From: an uncultured Acidobacteriota bacterium
GTDB lineage: Bacteria > Acidobacteriota > Vicinamibacteria > Vicinamibacterales > 2-12-FULL-66-21
Assembly (NCBI GenBank): GCA_963785755.1
Contig: CAWAXG010000002.1
Location: forward strand, 625,128 to 689,127
DNA: 64,000 nt
Direction of reading: 5' to 3'
In this document: piece by piece, positions 26,666-36,771 of the stretch
How positions within the stretch are numbered: position 1 is the first letter of the stretch
How the letters are laid out: each line of letters starts with the position of its first letter
Translations under genes and position numbers: made by a program
The notes under the pieces: generated by a model
Told to the model about the DNA's origin: nothing
Databases searched by the model: none
What the model saw: only the letters and a program-made list of their open reading frames with translations

Positions 26666-28246
26666 CTACCACGGGACCTCCGGCGCGCGATAGAAATTGA
26701 TCCCGAGCGCCGACCACCGAGGCGCCTGTCGACCGAGCCGCACCCTGAACTCCTCCCAGCTGCGGCGATCGCCGCGGGACCACCCGACTTCCGCGAGCGC
26801 AGCGAGGCGTGGGAAGGCCAGGAACTCGGCATCGCGGATGCCCGCGACCGTCTCGGTCCAGAGCGGCGCCTCGACACCGAGGATGGCGGATTCCGGCACG
26901 CCCTCTGCGGCTGCCGCGGGGTCCCAGTCGTACGAGCGCCGCACGTCGATCAATGCCGCCCAGGAGAGCCCGATCGGCGTGGACGCGTCGTACTTCATGT
27001 CGAGGTAGGTCCGATCGGCCGGCGACATGATCACCTTCACGCCCTTCGCCACCGCCTCTTTCGGCGTGGTCTTGGGCCGCCAATGCTGGACGATCGAGCT
27101 TGCCACCAGCCGGGCCGGCGCGATCTCGTCCCAGCCGATCATCTGCTTCTGGTGTTTCTGGACGATCGTCTGCACGCGTTCGATGAACTGGACGTATTGC
27201 GCCGGCGTCAGCGTCTTCACCTCGTCGCCGCCGACGTGAAAATACGGTCCCGGCGTCATCGCCGCAATCTCCCGCACCACGTCGTCGATGAACCTGTAGG
27301 TGATCTCCTTCTCGACGCAGAGCGCGCTGAAGCCGACTTCGATCCCGGTGAACATGGCCGGTGCCTTGCCGCTGCAATTCAGCTCGGCATAGGACGCGAG
27401 TGCCGCGTTCGTGTGGCCGGGCATGTCGATCTCCGGCACGATCGTAATGAAGCGATCCGCCGCGTAGGCCACGAGATCGGCGAACTGCTGCTGCGAATAG
27501 AAGCCTCCGGGCCCGCCTCCGACCTCGGTGGTGCCGCCGTGCGCGGTGAGGTTCGGCCACGACTTGATCTCGATCCGCCAGCCCTGATCGTCGGCAAGGT
27601 GCAGATGCAGGCGGTTCATTTTGTGCAGCGCGATGAGATCGATGTAGCGTTTCACCTCTTCGATCGAGAGGAAGTGGCGCGCGACGTCGAGCATGGCGCC
27701 GCGCCAGACGAAGCGGGGGCGGTCGACGATCCGTCCGCCCGGTACACGGAGCGGACGCGTCTTGTCGAACCTCGCCGCCGCGTGCTCGACGAACGGCGGC
27801 AGCAGCTGCCTGAACGTCTGAACGCCGTAGAACACGCCGGCGGGGGTCCTGCCTTTGATGGTGGCCCGTGCCGGCATCATCGTGATCTCGTACGCCTCAT
27901 CGCCGGCTTCGGAGACGTCGCCGAGCTGAAGTGCGATCACGCTCTCAGCCGCGGCGCCATCCTGCGGCGCCACACGCAGCGGCTCGGGACCCGCAGACAA
28001 ACCGACAACGCCGGCCAGCGCACGCCCGATGCGCAAGAGTCTTTCGTCTCCCGCAGGAACGCTGATGATCGTCGCTGAGGTGATCGCGAAGTCGTTCCCC
28101 GTGGAGAGCTCGACGAGAACAGGAAGTGGAATCAATTGGTGCATCGGAGTCGGCGGCCGGGTTGATGGTGTTGGCGTGACGGCCGTCTTGCCGGCGCACG
28201 CGGAGACGAGCAGCGTCACAACCAGGGTCGTGACTGTCTGGCGCAT
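26666..28246 (-). CDS. Beta-N-acetylhexosaminidase (GH20), secreted
   Basis: HLHLADDQGWRIEIKSWPNL and HVGGDEV. Signal/lipoprotein-like N-terminus (LLVSACAG). Confidence 0.9.
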   Translation of the reverse strand: MRQTVTTLVVTLLVSACAGKTAVTPTPSTRPPTPMHQLIPLPVLVELSTGNDFAITSATIISVPAGDERLLRIGRALAGVVGLSAGPEPLRVAPQDGAAAESVIALQLGDVSEAGDEAYEITMMPARATIKGRTPAGVFYGVQTFRQLLPPFVEHAAARFDKTRPLRVPGGRIVDRPRFVWRGAMLDVARHFLSIEEVKRYIDLIALHKMNRLHLHLADDQGWRIEIKSWPNLTAHGGTTEVGGGPGGFYSQQQFADLVAYAADRFITIVPEIDMPGHTNAALASYAELNCSGKAPAMFTGIEVGFSALCVEKEITYRFIDDVVREIAAMTPGPYFHVGGDEVKTLTPAQYVQFIERVQTIVQKHQKQMIGWDEIAPARLVASSIVQHWRPKTTPKEAVAKGVKVIMSPADRTYLDMKYDASTPIGLSWAALIDVRRSYDWDPAAAAEGVPESAILGVEAPLWTETVAGIRDAEFLAFPRLAALAEVGWSRGDRRSWEEFRVRLGRQAPRWSALGINFYRAPEVPW

Positions 28247-28279
28247 GGCGAGAGGATATCAGGGCGTGTCGGCAGGGAG

Positions 28280-29089
28280 ATGGCGTTCCGGACGGGGCCG
28301 GGCGATCATCATGACGTGAGCCTTGGCAGGATCGGCGGCGTGCTGACCGCGCTCCGGCGCTTTCTTACTCCGCGGCGCGCCCGCCGTGAGGCGGTTCTCA
28401 CGGCGCCGGTTCCCCGCCCGTGGCTGGAGTTCCTCGAGGCGCGATCGGATCACTACCGGCGTCTGCCCCTCCCCTACCGCAGCGAGTTCCAGAATCAACT
28501 CCGGATATTTCTGTCAGAGAAGCGCATTACCGGGGTGCACATCGCCATCACCGACGAGATCAGGCTGCTCGTCGCGGTCTCGGCCGTCACGCTGACGGTC
28601 GGCTGGCCCGGCTATACGTGGGATCGGCTGGCCGAAGTAATCGTGTACCCCGACAACTTCGACCGTGACTACCGCCTCGGCCGCCCTGTTCTCGCGGGTC
28701 AGGCACACCCCTGGGGCGTGGTGATTCTCTCCGCTCCTGCCCTGTTTCGCAGCTTTGACGAGTCGCACGACGACAATCACCTCGGCTACCACGAGTTCGC
28801 GCATCTCTTCGATCGCTCGCAGACGGGTGGGATTCCCGTCCACCTGTCCGACGAGGCGATCCGGCGGTGGGTGGCGATTATGCGGCGCGAAGACGAGCGG
28901 CTTCGGAACGGGACGTCCGTGCTGAATCCGTATGCGCTGTCCGCCCCGAACGAGCTGTTCGCGGTCGCGGTCGAGACGTTCTTCCAGCGACCGGTCGCCT
29001 TGATGGATGCACACCTCGAGCTCTATTCGTTTCTCGCGGGCTATTTCCAGCAGGATCCGGCGGTGTGGGCCCGGGGGTCGCCGGCGTAG
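28280..29089 (+). CDS. M90 (MtfA-like) zinc metallopeptidase
   Basis: YHEFAHLFD (HExxH). Overall length and layout fit the MtfA/DUF980 family. Confidence 0.7.
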   Translation: MAFRTGPGDHHDVSLGRIGGVLTALRRFLTPRRARREAVLTAPVPRPWLEFLEARSDHYRRLPLPYRSEFQNQLRIFLSEKRITGVHIAITDEIRLLVAVSAVTLTVGWPGYTWDRLAEVIVYPDNFDRDYRLGRPVLAGQAHPWGVVILSAPALFRSFDESHDDNHLGYHEFAHLFDRSQTGGIPVHLSDEAIRRWVAIMRREDERLRNGTSVLNPYALSAPNELFAVAVETFFQRPVALMDAHLELYSFLAGYFQQDPAVWARGSPA

Positions 29090-29222
29090 TCGATTCAGAA
29101 AGGTGACCGTTGTAAACCAGTCATCGTGGCGAGCTCCCCGAAGAAACGGTCAACACGGCCACGGCACCTCGCGACCGGCCAACCGAAAACGCCAGCCTCA
29201 TGTTTCGCGCTACACTGTCTTC

Positions 29223-29453
29223 ATGCCACTTTTCGAGTATCAATGCGGAGATTGCGAACAGGAGTTCGAGGCGTTCGTCACCGCCGACCGCAAGGCCGAG
29301 TGCCCGGCGTGCCACGGGGAAAACCTCAGGAAGCTGCTGTCGAGCCCGGGAATGGTTGGCGCGGCAAACGGCAGCCGCCGCGACGCCTCAGCACCAATGC
29401 CCGGCCGATGCGGCGCCGGCGGCGCGCACTGCGCCTGCCGCAGCGACCACTGA
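29223..29453 (+). CDS. FmdB-family zinc-ribbon protein
   Basis: MPLFEYQCGDCEQEFE...AECPACHG (CxxC..CxxC regulatory zinc ribbon). Confidence 0.75.
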   Translation: MPLFEYQCGDCEQEFEAFVTADRKAECPACHGENLRKLLSSPGMVGAANGSRRDASAPMPGRCGAGGAHCACRSDH

Positions 29454-29476
29454 CGTCATAGTCCGATCCGTATTGG

Positions 29477-29504
29477 GGCGCGCGAAAACGTTCGACCGCG
29501 CGCC
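29477..29504 (+). terminator. GC hairpin downstream of the zinc-ribbon gene
   Basis: ggcgcgcg-aaaacgttcgac-cgcgcgcc gives an 8-bp stem. No U-tract. Confidence 0.4.
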
Positions 29505-29597
29505 GGAAATACGATCTTCGTCCGGACGACCCGCGCACCGTCTCCCCCTCGTAGTCCCCGCCTGCCTGTGCTATCGTGCGGCGCAACGCGCCGCCGG

Positions 29598-29676
29598 TTG
29601 AACCTTGAACCTTTGAACCTTTGAACTTTTTGAACCCGAACCCCTGAACCCGTGAACCCTTGAACTCCTGAACCTT
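29598..29676. repeat. Short-period array of TTGAACC-type units (array E)
   Basis: ttgaaccttgaacctttgaacctttgaactttttgaacccgaacccctgaacccgtgaacccttgaactcctgaacc lies directly upstream of the pmbA-like gene. Confidence 0.9.
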
Positions 29677-29685
29677 TAATCCAGC

Positions 29686-31038
29686 ATGTTTTCGCGAGAT
29701 CAAGTCAAAGCCATCACCGACAAGGTCATCGACATGGCGAAGGCCGACGCCGTCGAGGTCGAGTTCAACGGCGGTGAGCGTTCGGCGACCCGGTTCGCCA
29801 ACTCGAACATCACGGCGAACATGGTCCAGTTCGATCGCACCGTCTCGCTGACCATCCATCTCGGCAACAAGTCCGGAACGGCCACGGTCCGCGACGTCGA
29901 CGACGCGACGTTGAAGCAGGCGGTGGCGGATGCGCAGAAGCGAGCGGAGGAGGCCCGCGAGAGCACCGAGCCCCCCGTCCTGCTCGGACCGCAGGAGTAC
30001 GAGCCGGTCGAGGCGGCTTTGCCCAGCGGGATCAACTACGGTCCGGCCGAACGCGCGAAGGCCGTACGCCAGAGCCTCGATATCTGTAGCAAGAAGGGAG
30101 TCCTCGGCTCGGGCTACATCCCGAAGTCGCATCTGACGACCTGCTCGGCCAACTCCAAGGGACTCTTCGCTTATTACCAATACGCCGAGGCGAGCTTCAT
30201 CCTCACGGTCCGCACGAAAGACGGCGCCGGCTCGGGCTGGGCAGGCATTACCGGGGTCAAGGACACGAGCCTGATCGACGCCGCGCAGCTCACCGAGACC
30301 GCGGCTGACAAAGCGATCAAGAGCCAGAAGGCACGCGCCCTGGAGCCCGGACGGTACACCGTGATCCTCGAGCCGCGGCCCGCGGCGCGGTTCCTGTCGC
30401 TGATGCTGGGGCTGTTCACGGCGCGCACCGCGGAGGGCCCGGTCGGCAATTACTTCAGCGGCAAGGAACGCGGTACGACCAAAGTCGGCGAGAAGGTCTT
30501 CAGCGAGATGTTCACGCTGCGGAGCGATATCGGCAACCCGATTCTGCGCCAGACGCCGGTCGGCGCCGATGGAGCGGCCGCGCGCGACGTCCCCTGGATC
30601 GAAAAAGGCGTCCTCAAGAACCTGTATTACGACCGCCAGTGGGCGACCAGACAGAAGAAGGAGCCGACGCCGAGCACCGTCAACAACAGCCTGGTCATGG
30701 AAGGCTCGGACATGACGGTGGAACAGATGATCAAGAGCACCCGGCGCGGTCTGCTGGTCACGTTCTTCTGGTACATCCGCGCCGTCGATCAACCGACGCT
30801 GCTGAACACCGGGATGACTCGCGACGGGCTGTTCCTGATCGAGAACGGCGAAATCGCGGGTCCGGTGCAGAACTTCCGCTGGAACATGTCGCCGATTGTC
30901 GGGTTCAACAACATCACAGCGGTAGGCAAACCGTCCCCGATTCACACCGGCGAGTCCTACGACGGCCCCGGCACGGCGCTGGTACCGCCGGTGCGGATGG
31001 AGGATTTCTACATGACCTCGGTATCGCCGGCGGTGTAG
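29686..31038 (+). CDS. TldD/PmbA-family metalloprotease (PmbA-like)
   Basis: 450-aa intact ORF with typical family architecture. Paired with a TldD-like gene downstream. Confidence 0.8.
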   Translation: MFSRDQVKAITDKVIDMAKADAVEVEFNGGERSATRFANSNITANMVQFDRTVSLTIHLGNKSGTATVRDVDDATLKQAVADAQKRAEEARESTEPPVLLGPQEYEPVEAALPSGINYGPAERAKAVRQSLDICSKKGVLGSGYIPKSHLTTCSANSKGLFAYYQYAEASFILTVRTKDGAGSGWAGITGVKDTSLIDAAQLTETAADKAIKSQKARALEPGRYTVILEPRPAARFLSLMLGLFTARTAEGPVGNYFSGKERGTTKVGEKVFSEMFTLRSDIGNPILRQTPVGADGAAARDVPWIEKGVLKNLYYDRQWATRQKKEPTPSTVNNSLVMEGSDMTVEQMIKSTRRGLLVTFFWYIRAVDQPTLLNTGMTRDGLFLIENGEIAGPVQNFRWNMSPIVGFNNITAVGKPSPIHTGESYDGPGTALVPPVRMEDFYMTSVSPAV

Positions 31039-31054
31039 ACGTACTGTCGCTACC

Positions 31055-31300
31055 CGTGCTGCGTGCTGTGTGCTACGTGCTCACGTGCTCTTCGTGCGAC
31101 GTGCGACGTGCGACGTGCCAACATGCGACGTGCGATGTGCCAACGTGCCCGGCCGTGCTACGTGCGGCGGCGCCAAGCACGTTCGCACGTTGCACCTAGC
31201 ACGTTCGCACGTGGCACGTAGCACGTACCACGTGGCACGTGAGCATGTAGCACAAAGCACGGAAAGCACATGAGCACGCAGCACATGGCACGCAGCACGT
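31055..31300. repeat. ~245-bp imperfect palindrome built of GTGCNAC / GNTGCAC heptamers (array C)
   Basis: The left arm is GTGC-oriented (gtgctacgtgctcacgtgc..gtgcgacgtgcgacgtgcgac..). The right arm is GCAC-oriented (..gcacgttcgcacgtggcacgtagcacg..). The centre is near 31165-31175. Mirror ORFs 31070..31273(+) and 31081..31284(-) both begin MLRAHVL. Confidence 0.9.
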
Positions 31301-31315
31301 AATCAGAGGCCACCA

Positions 31316-32990
31316 ATGCATCGTCGAGACTTCGTCAAGACCATGGCGCTCTCGGGCGCCGCCATCGCCGCCAGCGATCTCGTCGGCGATCTGATCGCGC
31401 AGACGCCGCAAGGCAAGGTGCTCGAGTCGCGGTTCAAGGGACTCGGAGACGTGGCGCTTGCCGAGGCGAAGCTGACCGGATGCTCGTACGCCGATATCAG
31501 GTTCACGCGACGCACCAACTCGAGCGTGAACGCGAACGGCGGGAACAGCGACTTCGCCGACGCGTTCGGCGGGCGCGGGGGACGCGGCGGGCGTGGCGGC
31601 GGCCGCGGGCGTGGCGGCGGCGGCGATTTCGGCGGCGGAAACGCCGGCCTTGGCGGGGCTGATGAAACCGCGGGACGCGGCGCCGCCGGCTTCGGCGTGC
31701 GCGTGATTCACAGCGGGGTCTGGGGCTTCGCGAGCAGCCCGATCGTGACCGAGGACGAGATCCGCCGTATTACCCGCCTCGCGACCGAGGTCGCCAAGGC
31801 CAGCGCCATCGCCAAACAGCGCGACGTCGTCCTCGCGCCGGTGCGCGCGCATACCGAGGACCTGGGCCACCCCGATTCAGCAGGATCCGGGCAAGATTAC
31901 GCAGGACGACAAACGAGCGCTGGTGCAGAAAGTGGTCGACATCGCGATCAAGAACAAAGAGGTCGTCAGCGTGACCGCCTCTGTCGGCGTCGAGCACGAG
32001 TGGAAGTACTTCGCGAGCTCCGAAGGGTCTTACATCGAGCAGGAAGCCTGGTCGGTCTCGCCATCTTTCACGGTCACCGCGCGGAAGGACGGCCAGACGC
32101 GCTCTCGCACGTATACCGGCGAGATGATGACCGGCGGCTGGGAGATCGCCGAGCGCGCGCAGATGCCGGAGAACGCCGAGCGCATTGCGGTGGAGGCGGT
32201 CGAATTCTGCACCGCCAAGCCGGTCGAGATGGGCCTCAAGGATCTCATCCTGACGCCGTCACACGCGATGCTGACGATCCACGAAATCGTCGGCCACGCG
32301 ACCGAGCTCGACCGAATCCTGGGCTACGAGGCGAATTACGCAGGAACGAGCTTCATCAGGCTCTCCGACCTCGGCAAACTGAAATACGGCTCGAAGCTGT
32401 TCAACATCACCGCCGACCGGACGATCCCTGGCGGCGTCGGCACGATCGGGTATGACGACGATGGCGTGAAGACGCAGGAGTGGCCCCTCGTCAGGGAGGG
32501 GATCCTGGTCGGCCTGCAGACGAACCGCGAGATGGCGCATCTCATCGGCGAGAAGGCCAGCCGCGGCTGCACATCCGCGAACTCGTGGCGCGACTACCCG
32601 TTCCTGCGGATGCCGAACGTGCACCTCGATGCGGGCCCCGCCGGCTCGCCGACGCCCGAACAGATCATCGCCGACACCAAGGACGGCGTCCTGATCGACG
32701 GCCGCGGCAGCTATTCGATCGATCAGCAGCGATACAACGGACAGTTCGGCGGCAACGCGTTCTGGGAAGTCAAGAACGGCAAGATCACGCGGATGGTGAG
32801 CAACGTCACCTACAACGCGATCACGACCGACTTCTGGGCGAACCTCGACGCGATCTCGGGCAAGGAGTCGTGGCGGATGTTCGGAACCGGCGGCGACGCG
32901 AAAGGGCAGCCCACCCAGACGAACAGCATCACGCACGGCTCGCCGTATCTCCGGATCCGCCGCATCATGATCGGGGCGGCGTACGCTTAG
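31316..32990 (+). pseudogene. TldD-family metalloprotease with Tat-type signal; one frame disruption as assembled
   Basis: MHRRDFVKTMALSGAAIAA (twin-arginine). ORF 31316.. continues in ORF 31923..32990 (..HTED|WATPIQQDPGKITQDDKRALVQKVVD..). An extra C at GAGGAC[C]TGGGCC (about 31862). HEIVGHATELD is present. Confidence 0.85.
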
Positions 32991-33072
32991 ACAAGTACGA
33001 AGTGACCGGTGATAAGGCGCAAGTAACAAGGCGCAACGTAGACGTTCCGTTGTACTTGCGCCTTGCAACTTG

Positions 33073-34881
33073 TTACTTGTTGTCAACCGACTTCCTGAGC
33101 GTCCGCTCCACTCGAGTCGCCGGCTGTCCGGCGATGCCCACCGTCGCCCGGACGATGTAGTCGCCGGGAGTCAGCGCGCCGATGGGGACGGCGGCCGTGG
33201 CGCTGTGATGATCGCCGGCCGCGGCGAGTGTGCCGGGGACGGTCAGAATTGCGGGCCCGTTCAGCGAGCGAGCCAGCTCGAACGTGGCCGTTACCTGTTC
33301 ACCGGGCTTCCCTCCGTAAATATCGACATACGCCAGCACGACCGGCTCGGTGCCGAACTGAAGCCTCGGCATGAAGCCGCCACGTGAGAGCCCGAGGAGC
33401 AGAGAGCTCAGGTGCAGCGTGCCGGCCTGGCGCAGCTCCGCCGTGAACTCGTAGTCGGCAGTTCCGGTCCGGCCTTGAGAATCGGTGGCCGCAAAGCGAA
33501 GCCGGTAGGTCCCGGGCGGGACGAGCATTGCCGTAGGGTACGGGCCGGCCTTCAGCTGGGCCGGTTCGAGCGTTGCCTGCGCAACCAGTTTGCCGTTGCT
33601 GTCCACGAGACCCGCAGCGGCGGCCGTCAGCGTGACTGATGGATCGACCGTCTCTCCGAGCGCGACGATCTTGAGCTTCGTCTGGCCGGGTTCGCGTGAG
33701 GCGAATCCGGTCACGCGCAGCGGCAGGTCACGAAACAGCGTGGCCTGGCGCAGCATGTCGGCAGGCGATCGGGTGCTCTTGGCATCGGATTTCGCGATCA
33801 GGATGCTCGGACGGACGCGAACGGTCACATCGGGGCGCGACACGCGGAGCTCGACCCGGTGCGAGTTTCCATTGCGCTGCGACGACTCCGGCTCGAACGC
33901 GATCCGATAGAAGGCGGACGTCTCGCGGAGAATACGAGTGAATGCGCTTTCCTCCGTTCCGCCGAGGTGCAGCCGGACTCCGCTGGTGACGCCAGCCAGA
34001 TGGTCCAGCCCGGCGACCTGATTGGAGAACCCGATCGGTTCGATGATGTACAACCGTGTCCCCGCAAGCGCCGCCGCGTTCCCGACCTGCTGGAACATGT
34101 CCGGCAGCAGCGCGCAGCCCGCCACCGTCTGACCGGCGCGCATGACCTGCTCATTGGGACCAACCATGCTGGCGGAGAAAAAGGTGACCGTCACCGGCGA
34201 CGTGCTGGCTGCGAGACTCTGCATCAGCCCGGTCAGCGAGTCGAGCGTACGCCTCGTGCGGCAGGCCATCTCGTCCGGCGTTTCAGTCCTGGCTGCCTGA
34301 CCGACGACCTGCGCCAGCGATGCGCGCACCTTCTCCTGCTCCGTCGTCAGATCGACCCTCGTGCCGCCATACGGCAAGGTGACGAGGGCGATGCGGTCGG
34401 TCGGCACGAGATTGTCGAGGAAGGTATCCGCCGCTTCCTGCAAGGCGCGCTCGGTGCCGACACGAAATGAATCGTCGTCCACGACCAGGACGAACGACCG
34501 CGACTCCTCGGATTGCACGTTCGTGCCGAACGGCGGCGGAAGCGGCGAGAGTGGCGCGCGTCCGGCCACTGGCGACGCCGCGTCGATGAGACTCATCGAG
34601 TGCACGGGGCGCACGCGCCCGCCGATCCGAAGCATCACCTCATCGGCTTTCACGTCAGGCACCGGGCGGCCGTCCTTGGCCAGCGCCAGGAAGTCAATCG
34701 AGACCAGGCTGACGCCGCTCTTGAGCACGGGACCCCGCTCCTGGAGGGTGCTCGCCGACAGCTGTTCTTCTCGGCTCGCGGGCATGTGTAAGACCAGGGT
34801 CGAAGCGGCGACGAACGCGGCCGCGGCCCTTGCGACAGGGCGTATGAATGTCCAACGCTGATCAAATGCTCCGGGAAACAT
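33073..34881 (-). CDS. VWA domain protein (acidobacterial TIGR03436-like)
   Basis: SGVSLVSIDFLALAKDGRPVPDVKADEV... and FVLVVDDDSF..DRIALVTLPYGG (VWA/MIDAS-like). Start chosen at MFPGAF (34881). Confidence 0.7.
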   Translation of the reverse strand: MFPGAFDQRWTFIRPVARAAAAFVAASTLVLHMPASREEQLSASTLQERGPVLKSGVSLVSIDFLALAKDGRPVPDVKADEVMLRIGGRVRPVHSMSLIDAASPVAGRAPLSPLPPPFGTNVQSEESRSFVLVVDDDSFRVGTERALQEAADTFLDNLVPTDRIALVTLPYGGTRVDLTTEQEKVRASLAQVVGQAARTETPDEMACRTRRTLDSLTGLMQSLAASTSPVTVTFFSASMVGPNEQVMRAGQTVAGCALLPDMFQQVGNAAALAGTRLYIIEPIGFSNQVAGLDHLAGVTSGVRLHLGGTEESAFTRILRETSAFYRIAFEPESSQRNGNSHRVELRVSRPDVTVRVRPSILIAKSDAKSTRSPADMLRQATLFRDLPLRVTGFASREPGQTKLKIVALGETVDPSVTLTAAAAGLVDSNGKLVAQATLEPAQLKAGPYPTAMLVPPGTYRLRFAATDSQGRTGTADYEFTAELRQAGTLHLSSLLLGLSRGGFMPRLQFGTEPVVLAYVDIYGGKPGEQVTATFELARSLNGPAILTVPGTLAAAGDHHSATAAVPIGALTPGDYIVRATVGIAGQPATRVERTLRKSVDNK

Positions 34882-34975
34882 GGCGTAAGAATAGCGCCAC
34901 TGCCCGCATGGAGCACATAATTGAGCTTTGTCAGAGACGCACGGAGAGCCGCATGAGAGCCTAGGGAGAGCACTG

Positions 34976-35842
<867 letters not shown>

Positions 35843-35844
35843 GA

Positions 35845-35900
35845 CGGGATCGGTGATCGGTGATCAGGGATCGGGTCTGGGGACTACGGACTAGGGTCTC
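35845..35900. repeat. Short-period array GGGATCGGT/GATCAGG plus GGACTA units (array G)
   Basis: gggatcggtgatcggtgatcagggatcgggtctggggactacggactagggtctc lies between the rhodanese and sufE genes. Confidence 0.85.
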
Positions 35901-35902
35901 AC

Positions 35903-36370
35903 TTGGCCAACCTGCCAGCGCCGTTACAAGCGGTCCTCGAGACATTCGACATGTTCCCGGATCAGTCCGACCGGACGAACCTGTTGCTCGGCTATGCCGA
36001 TCAGTTCAAGGAGGTACCGCCGGAGATCGCCTCGCGACCCTTCGACAAGTCGCACCAGATCCCTCAGTGTGAATCCGACGCCTACGTGTGGGCGCTGAAG
36101 AAGCCGGACGGCACGATGGACCTGTATTTCGCCGTCGAGAACCCGTCGGGCGTGTCGGCGAAAGCCCTCGCCGCGATCCTTCAGCGCTCGCTCTCGGGCC
36201 TGCCTCCGGACGTCGTCGCCACGATCGACCCGTCGATTGTCGAGCGCATCTTCCGGCAGAACATCTCGATGGGCAAGGGCATGGGACTGATGTCGATGGT
36301 CGACGCCGTCCGCACCCTCGCCAGAAAGGCCGGAGAGACCCCCTTCCCATCGTCTCTCGATGGAAGTTGA
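35903..36370 (+). CDS. sufE: SufE-family sulfur acceptor protein
   Basis: FPDQSDRTNLLLGYADQF...IPQCESDAYVWA (conserved Cys). TTG start. Confidence 0.85.
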   Translation: MANLPAPLQAVLETFDMFPDQSDRTNLLLGYADQFKEVPPEIASRPFDKSHQIPQCESDAYVWALKKPDGTMDLYFAVENPSGVSAKALAAILQRSLSGLPPDVVATIDPSIVERIFRQNISMGKGMGLMSMVDAVRTLARKAGETPFPSSLDGS

Positions 36371-36426
36371 CATCCGCCGCGAACCGATCCATTCTTCCCA
36401 TCGTCTAACGATGGGAGAGTGACCGG

Positions 36427-36765
36427 ATGGGTCTCACGAATCAGCCGCCCGATCTGCTGCCAGGAACGCTCGACATGCTCATCCTGCGCACGCTCAGCCG
36501 CGGCGCGCTGCACGGCTACGGCATCGCCGAACGGATTCGCCTGGTCTCGGACGATGTGCTCCAGGTCGGCGAGAGCTCGCTGTACCCGGCGCTGCAGCGG
36601 CTGCTCCTCAACGGCTGGGTCACGGCCGAATGGGGCGCCTCTGACAACAACCGCCGCGCGCGCTACTACACGGTCACCGCGGACGGTCGCAAGCGGCTCA
36701 CGTCGGAGCGCAAGGAATTCCAGCGCCTGATCGGAGCCATTCAGCAGGTCCTCGAATCCGCCTGA
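36427..36765 (+). CDS. PadR-family transcriptional regulator
   Basis: LLPGTLDMLILRTLSRGALHGYGIAERI...LYPALQRLLLNGWV. Confidence 0.9.
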   Translation: MGLTNQPPDLLPGTLDMLILRTLSRGALHGYGIAERIRLVSDDVLQVGESSLYPALQRLLLNGWVTAEWGASDNNRRARYYTVTADGRKRLTSERKEFQRLIGAIQQVLESA

Positions 36766-36771
36766 TCAGCC

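Noticed and set aside
31070-31284. Small ORFs 31070..31273(+) and 31081..31284(-) as real mirror-image genes. The same applies to 18466..18729 and 60030..60401 within other arrays.
   Set aside because: Their sequences (His/Val/Arg/Ala/Cys/Thr repeats) simply translate the heptamer repeats. The mirror symmetry is a consequence of the DNA palindrome.
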